Shown here: positions 60,518-64,000 of the stretch, piece after piece
How the letters are laid out: every line of letters begins with the position of its first letter
Position numbering within the stretch: the first letter of the stretch is position 1
Assembly: GCA_000092065.1 (NCBI GenBank)
Contig: CP000585.1
From: Ostreococcus lucimarinus
Taxonomy: Eukaryota
Direction: 5' to 3' (one strand)
DNA: 64,000 nt
Made by a program: the position numbers and the translations under genes
The notes under the pieces: generated by a model
Seen by the model: only the letters and a program-made list of their open reading frames with translations
Told to the model about the DNA's origin: nothing
Databases searched by the model: none

Positions 60518-62497
60518 ATGGCGCCGAAGAAAAAGTCTGCGCACATCGCCCGCATGGCGGCCAGCGCGCAGAAGCGCGAGCGCGGTGACGTTTTGAGCGG
60601 CATTCGCGCCGCCGCCGAGGAACACGCCGCGGAAGACGGACGCGTGGACGCGCGACGAGGCATGGCGACGACCGTGTTCACGGTCGAGAGTCTCGGGTTA
60701 AAGTCGACGAAGACGCGGGCGAGCGAGAAGAAGCGCGGGATCGGTAGCGGCGGAGCACACCGAAGAGGGGTGACGACGGTGCTCGCGGCGGAGGCGAGCT
60801 ACGACGTGGAGCGACGCGTTCGAGACGGCCGACGACCGTTGATGAGCGAGCCGAGAGGGTACGACGAACGAACGCCGGACATGTTTCAAGACGACGCACG
60901 GTCGTTGAGGTTGATGCCGGCGCGGCCGAAATGGGATTATGAATTGAAAAGAGGACGGTTGCACGCGAGAGAACGAAAGGCGTTCGTGAAGTGGTTGCGA
61001 TCAGCAAAGGAGGCGATGATCGAGGCTGGGGGGTACGCACCCGCGTTTGAGCAAAACATAGAGGTTTGGAGACAGTTGTGGCGGGTGTTAGAGCGCTCAG
61101 ATGTGGCTGTGGTGGTCGTCGACGCGAGGAATCCGATGTTGCATTTGCCGCCAGCGTTGTATGCGCACGTGACGCGGCGATTGTGCAAACCTCTCGTCGT
61201 GGTGTTAAACAAGACGGATGCGGTACCGATGCGTGCGATCGATGAATGGGCTGCACATCTTATGGCGTCTTTGCCGGGAATCGACGCAGTTGTCGGTTTT
61301 TCTTCCCGCGACGAAGCACCCGAGGACGAACGGTTTTGGGATCGCAAGGACAAAAATCACGAGGAGCGAGACAACGCGTCAGTGCGCATGCACCGTCAAT
61401 CGAGTATTCCCATCGGACGCGACGCGTTACTGCGCGTGTGTCAAGAGCTCGCGCGTTCGGGCAAACGTTTCGACGCGGCGATGGAAGACACGATGGAAGA
61501 CGAACATGATGGAAACGACGACGGCGAAGAAGAAGGGGAAGAAGAGGAAGAAGAAGAAGAGGTGGACGAAGAGGGCGAAGCGTACGTGCGGCAGGCGTTG
61601 AATCAAGAGCGCGAGGAAGCAGAACGAGTGAAAGCTGAAGGCCGAATAATGATAGGACTCGTCGGGCACCCCAACGTGGGTAAGTCTTCGATGGTAAACT
61701 CTATTCTTCGACGTAAAGCGGTGAGCGTGAAGGCGACGCCGGGACACACGAAGACATTGCAGACGCTCATTTTGGACGATCACACGTGCTTGTGCGATTC
61801 TCCTGGCCTAGTATTTCCCCGCATCGATATTTCTCCCGCGGAGCAAATCATCGGCAATCTCATTCCTCTTCCAGTCGTCCGCGAGCCATTCAGCGCTATT
61901 CGTTGGATCGCCGAAGCAAAGCTCGTCGGTGCGGAGCGGTGGCAAGCGATTCAGCGCAAGTTCAGTGGGTCAAGTGATGGTAAGCTCGCGGCATCGCTCG
62001 CCGCGCCTATTACGAGCGTGCTGAAAGTTCGACCATCGAAGGAGTTCGATCCTGAGACGCTCGAGTTGCTGAACAACGAAGATTTGACAAACGACGAATT
62101 GCCGTGGTCGCCGCTCTCGCTGTGTCAAGCGTATGGCAAGATGCGAGGATTCGTGAAAACGCGCGGCGTCGACGTCCAACGCGCGGGGCAAGTCATTCTG
62201 AGCATGGTTTACGACGGCAAGATTCCGTACGCGATTCCGCCGCCGACCGGCGCGCCTGTGATGCGTTCGAAGGCGGATGTCGTCCAAATCGAAGAAGACA
62301 ACTTAACCGACGACGAGTCGGATGACGACGAAGTCAACGTCGTACGCTCTGGGTTCTCCGCGCTCGCCATGGATTCGGACGAAGAGACAGCGGCTCAGCA
62401 GTACGCTTACAGCTCGGACGAGGACACGAGAGGGACATTCATTTTGAGCCCTGAAGATCTCAAGGAATCCAAACGAGGCCAGCGCGGTAAAAAGTAA
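60518..62497 (+). CDS. LSG1: Large-subunit GTPase 1 (LSG1)-like circularly permuted GTPase (YlqF/YawG family)
   Basis: Permuted order DARNP (VVVDARNPMLH)...NKTD (VVVLNKTDAV)...G1 (GLVGHPNVGKSSMVNSIL)...DSPG, an acidic insertion (EEEGEEEEEEEE), and an LSG1-like N-terminus (NIEVWRQLWRVLERSD). Start at ATG 60518 (MAPKKKS). The ORF-track 5' extension to 60377 is unlikely. Confidence 0.8.
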   Translation: MAPKKKSAHIARMAASAQKRERGDVLSGIRAAAEEHAAEDGRVDARRGMATTVFTVESLGLKSTKTRASEKKRGIGSGGAHRRGVTTVLAAEASYDVERRVRDGRRPLMSEPRGYDERTPDMFQDDARSLRLMPARPKWDYELKRGRLHARERKAFVKWLRSAKEAMIEAGGYAPAFEQNIEVWRQLWRVLERSDVAVVVVDARNPMLHLPPALYAHVTRRLCKPLVVVLNKTDAVPMRAIDEWAAHLMASLPGIDAVVGFSSRDEAPEDERFWDRKDKNHEERDNASVRMHRQSSIPIGRDALLRVCQELARSGKRFDAAMEDTMEDEHDGNDDGEEEGEEEEEEEEVDEEGEAYVRQALNQEREEAERVKAEGRIMIGLVGHPNVGKSSMVNSILRRKAVSVKATPGHTKTLQTLILDDHTCLCDSPGLVFPRIDISPAEQIIGNLIPLPVVREPFSAIRWIAEAKLVGAERWQAIQRKFSGSSDGKLAASLAAPITSVLKVRPSKEFDPETLELLNNEDLTNDELPWSPLSLCQAYGKMRGFVKTRGVDVQRAGQVILSMVYDGKIPYAIPPPTGAPVMRSKADVVQIEEDNLTDDESDDDEVNVVRSGFSALAMDSDEETAAQQYAYSSDEDTRGTFILSPEDLKESKRGQRGKK

Positions 62498-62645
62498 AAT
62501 TCATTCATTGACGTTAAAAATGTCACGGAAATCGGCGCGCTCGTGATTAGCTATGGTGTTCGATGGTTGTGAAACAATGTTTGTAACGTTTAAGATTGTG
62601 TAAACGTGTAAAGAATGAATTCATTCATCGTCGATTTGTAAACGT
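62498..62645. terminator. AT-rich convergent 3' region between LSG1 (+) and the downstream minus-strand gene
   Basis: aattcattcattgacgttaaaaatgtcacgg...gtaaagaatgaattcattcatcgtcgatttgtaaacgtttaaagaatgtgtaaaag. Confidence 0.35.
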
Positions 62646-63497
62646 TTAAAGAATGTGTAAAAGCTTGAGCGCAATGGTGCCACTGACGAGCGCCAGCGCG
62701 GTCACCTTGAAGTACTTGCCGACGACGGAGACAACTTCGCCCACGAGAATTCGCAACATGACGCCGCCGAACAAAATCATGAACGCGACGAACGCGGCGT
62801 GCGAGCCGGCGTCTTTGACTTCTTCCGGAAGCAGATTCACGACTTGTCCCAACGCGCCGGCGACGAGTCCCAACGCGCTCGCCACCGCGCCCGCGTCCTG
62901 CGCCACCGCCGAAGGATCGATTTCACTCGCCTTCGTCGTCAGCGTCTCCACGGCTTTCACCAGCGCCTCTTGGCTCAACTCTCCCGTGGTGTAATACGTG
63001 TACCCAGCGACGACCGCCACCGTTCCCAGCGCCGGCGGCCCCCATCCCAGCGTCGGCGGTTTCGCCGCCGGCACCTCCCCCGTCGCGTTGAACGACTTCA
63101 CCCCGATCTCTCCTCCCGGGAATCCTCCCGCCATTCCCCCGAAGTCCTTCTGCAGCCGCACTTCCCTCGTTTCGCGCCGCTTCGCCTTCGCCTTCTCCAG
63201 CGCCTTGGCCGCGTTCGTCGCCGCCAATTCGTCCCGGTACGACCACAAGCCTCTCTCCCCGCCCGCGAACCCGCCGGTGAACGCGTCGTCTCGACCCGTC
63301 TTGCTCACCAGCCCTCGGTCGTCCTTGATGTACTTGCCCTTTCCCGCGTAGTACTCGCCTCGCGGCGCCGGTTTCGCCGCGCACGAGACGCGCGCGACGA
63401 CGCGCGCGCGACGCGTCTCGCCGGGACAACCCTCGGCGCTTATCCGTCCGCGCGCGCGCGCGAACGCGCCGGCGCGCTGCGTCAGCGACGCGGACAT
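62646..63497 (-). CDS. Presequence-bearing membrane protein of unknown function (conserved GKYIKDD...TGGFAGGE block and two C-terminal TM helices); possibly plastid thylakoid-type
   Basis: Ala/Arg-rich presequence MSASLTQRAGAFARARGRISAEG..., conserved GKGKYIKDDRGLVSKTGRDDAFTGGFAGGERGL, and C-terminal hydrophobic helices (AFVAFMILFGGVMLRILVG, ALALVSGTIALKLL). Real ATG at 63495-63497. The antisense 358-aa ORF 62923..63999 is a GC artefact. Confidence 0.45.
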   Translation of the reverse strand: MSASLTQRAGAFARARGRISAEGCPGETRRARVVARVSCAAKPAPRGEYYAGKGKYIKDDRGLVSKTGRDDAFTGGFAGGERGLWSYRDELAATNAAKALEKAKAKRRETREVRLQKDFGGMAGGFPGGEIGVKSFNATGEVPAAKPPTLGWGPPALGTVAVVAGYTYYTTGELSQEALVKAVETLTTKASEIDPSAVAQDAGAVASALGLVAGALGQVVNLLPEEVKDAGSHAAFVAFMILFGGVMLRILVGEVVSVVGKYFKVTALALVSGTIALKLLHIL

Positions 63498-63589
63498 CGA
63501 GCGCGCGCGCGCGTCTCGGCGCTCGACGGCTCGAGCGAGGCGCGCGGCGCGGTGTGCGGCGCGCGCGAGATCGCGACGCGCGGTGCGTC

Positions 63590-64000
63590 ATGGCGGACGT
63601 CGACGAGAACGCGTACGCCGCGCTGGGACTGGCGTTCGAGGACGCGCCGAGCGAGGCGACGATTAAAAAGGTGCGTCGAGCGCGCGACGCGCGCGACGCG
63701 CGACGCGCGGGGCGACGCGACGCGCGCGACTCGACGATTTCGCATTCGCATTCGCATTCGAAACGACGACTGACGACGACGACGACGACGACGACGCGCG
63801 CGAAAACTCGCAGGCGTTCCGAAAACTCGCGCTGAAATGCCACCCCGATAAGCGGCCGGCGTCGGAGCGCGAGCGGGCGGAGAAGGAGTTTGACGCGCTG
63901 CGACGCGCGAGCGACGCGCTGCTCGACGTCGACGCGCGACGCGCGTTGGATGATTTCCTGCGCGCGAAAGCGGCGCGAGCGCGCGCGCACGCGGCGCACG
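63590..64000 (+). CDS. DnaJ (J-domain) protein, 3'-truncated by the window end. Two exons: join(63590..63670, 63814..>64000).
   Basis: Exon 1 MADVDENAYAALGLAFEDAPSEATIKK | intron (donor GTGCGT at 63671, CTGAC at about 63769, acceptor cgcAG at 63811-63813) | exon 2 AFRKLALKCHPDKRPASERERAEKEFDALRRASDALLDVDARRALDDFL, a canonical J-domain with HPD. The intron contains (GCATTC)3 and (GACGAC)n. Confidence 0.7.

Noticed and set aside
62923-63999. 358-aa minus-strand ORF spanning the membrane-protein 5' region and the DnaJ gene
   Set aside because: R/A-rich artefact. The real features here are a minus-strand gene ending at 63497 and a spliced plus-strand J-domain gene.
1-64000. Prokaryotic operon interpretation suggested by overlapping ATGA and dense same-strand genes
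   Set aside because: Spliceosomal introns are present with canonical GT..AG and branch points, along with eukaryote-specific proteins (eRF1, TRIP13, UCHL5, SGF29, PDCD4, Rab) and long presequences.

Overview
This window reads as a GC-rich (about 65% GC), very gene-dense eukaryotic nuclear segment, not a prokaryotic one. It holds about 33 protein-coding genes in 64 kb. Most are single-exon, but at least three (Rab GTPase, eRF1, a DnaJ protein) have short GC-rich spliceosomal introns with GTGCGC/GTGCGT/GTACGT donors and CTGAC branch-like motifs. Neighbouring genes sit head-to-head (ATGs 40 to 210 bp apart), tail-to-tail (stop codons tens of bp apart) or abutting on the same strand. The gene set, the Ala/Arg/Ser-rich presequences, the GC content and the compaction fit a small GC-rich alga of the green lineage, possibly prasinophyte/Mamiellophyceae-like. 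This is inference only. The gene set includes SGF29, a presequence-bearing thioredoxin, a GATA factor, Tim22-like, carnosine N-methyltransferase-like, MetX, Rab8-like, eRF1, TMEM18, PDCD4-like, a parvulin, class II CPD photolyase, TRIP13/PCH2, a ZC3H15-ABCF1 fusion, DYRK, UCHL5, an ACT-domain STY-type kinase, a CTR1/EDR1-like Raf kinase, LSG1 and a TSP1-domain membrane protein. The ORF track labels TTG/GTG/CTG starts as 'M', so I re-derived start codons from the sequence. Many long ORFs antisense to genes or in CGCG-rich spacers are GC artefacts. The most notable items are a single-ORF fusion of a ZC3H15/Tma46(DFRP1)-like CCCH-zinc-finger module to a complete ABCF1-type ATPase; a 12.2-kb single-exon gene for a 4059-aa coiled-coil protein with at least 12 copies of an unrecognised ~60-aa 'LRW...RF...KDF' motif and several exact internal tandem duplications; an HDEL-terminated parvulin PPIase; a 17-nt microexon in eRF1; and a DYRK/epimerase gene pair whose stop and start codons overlap (ATGA).
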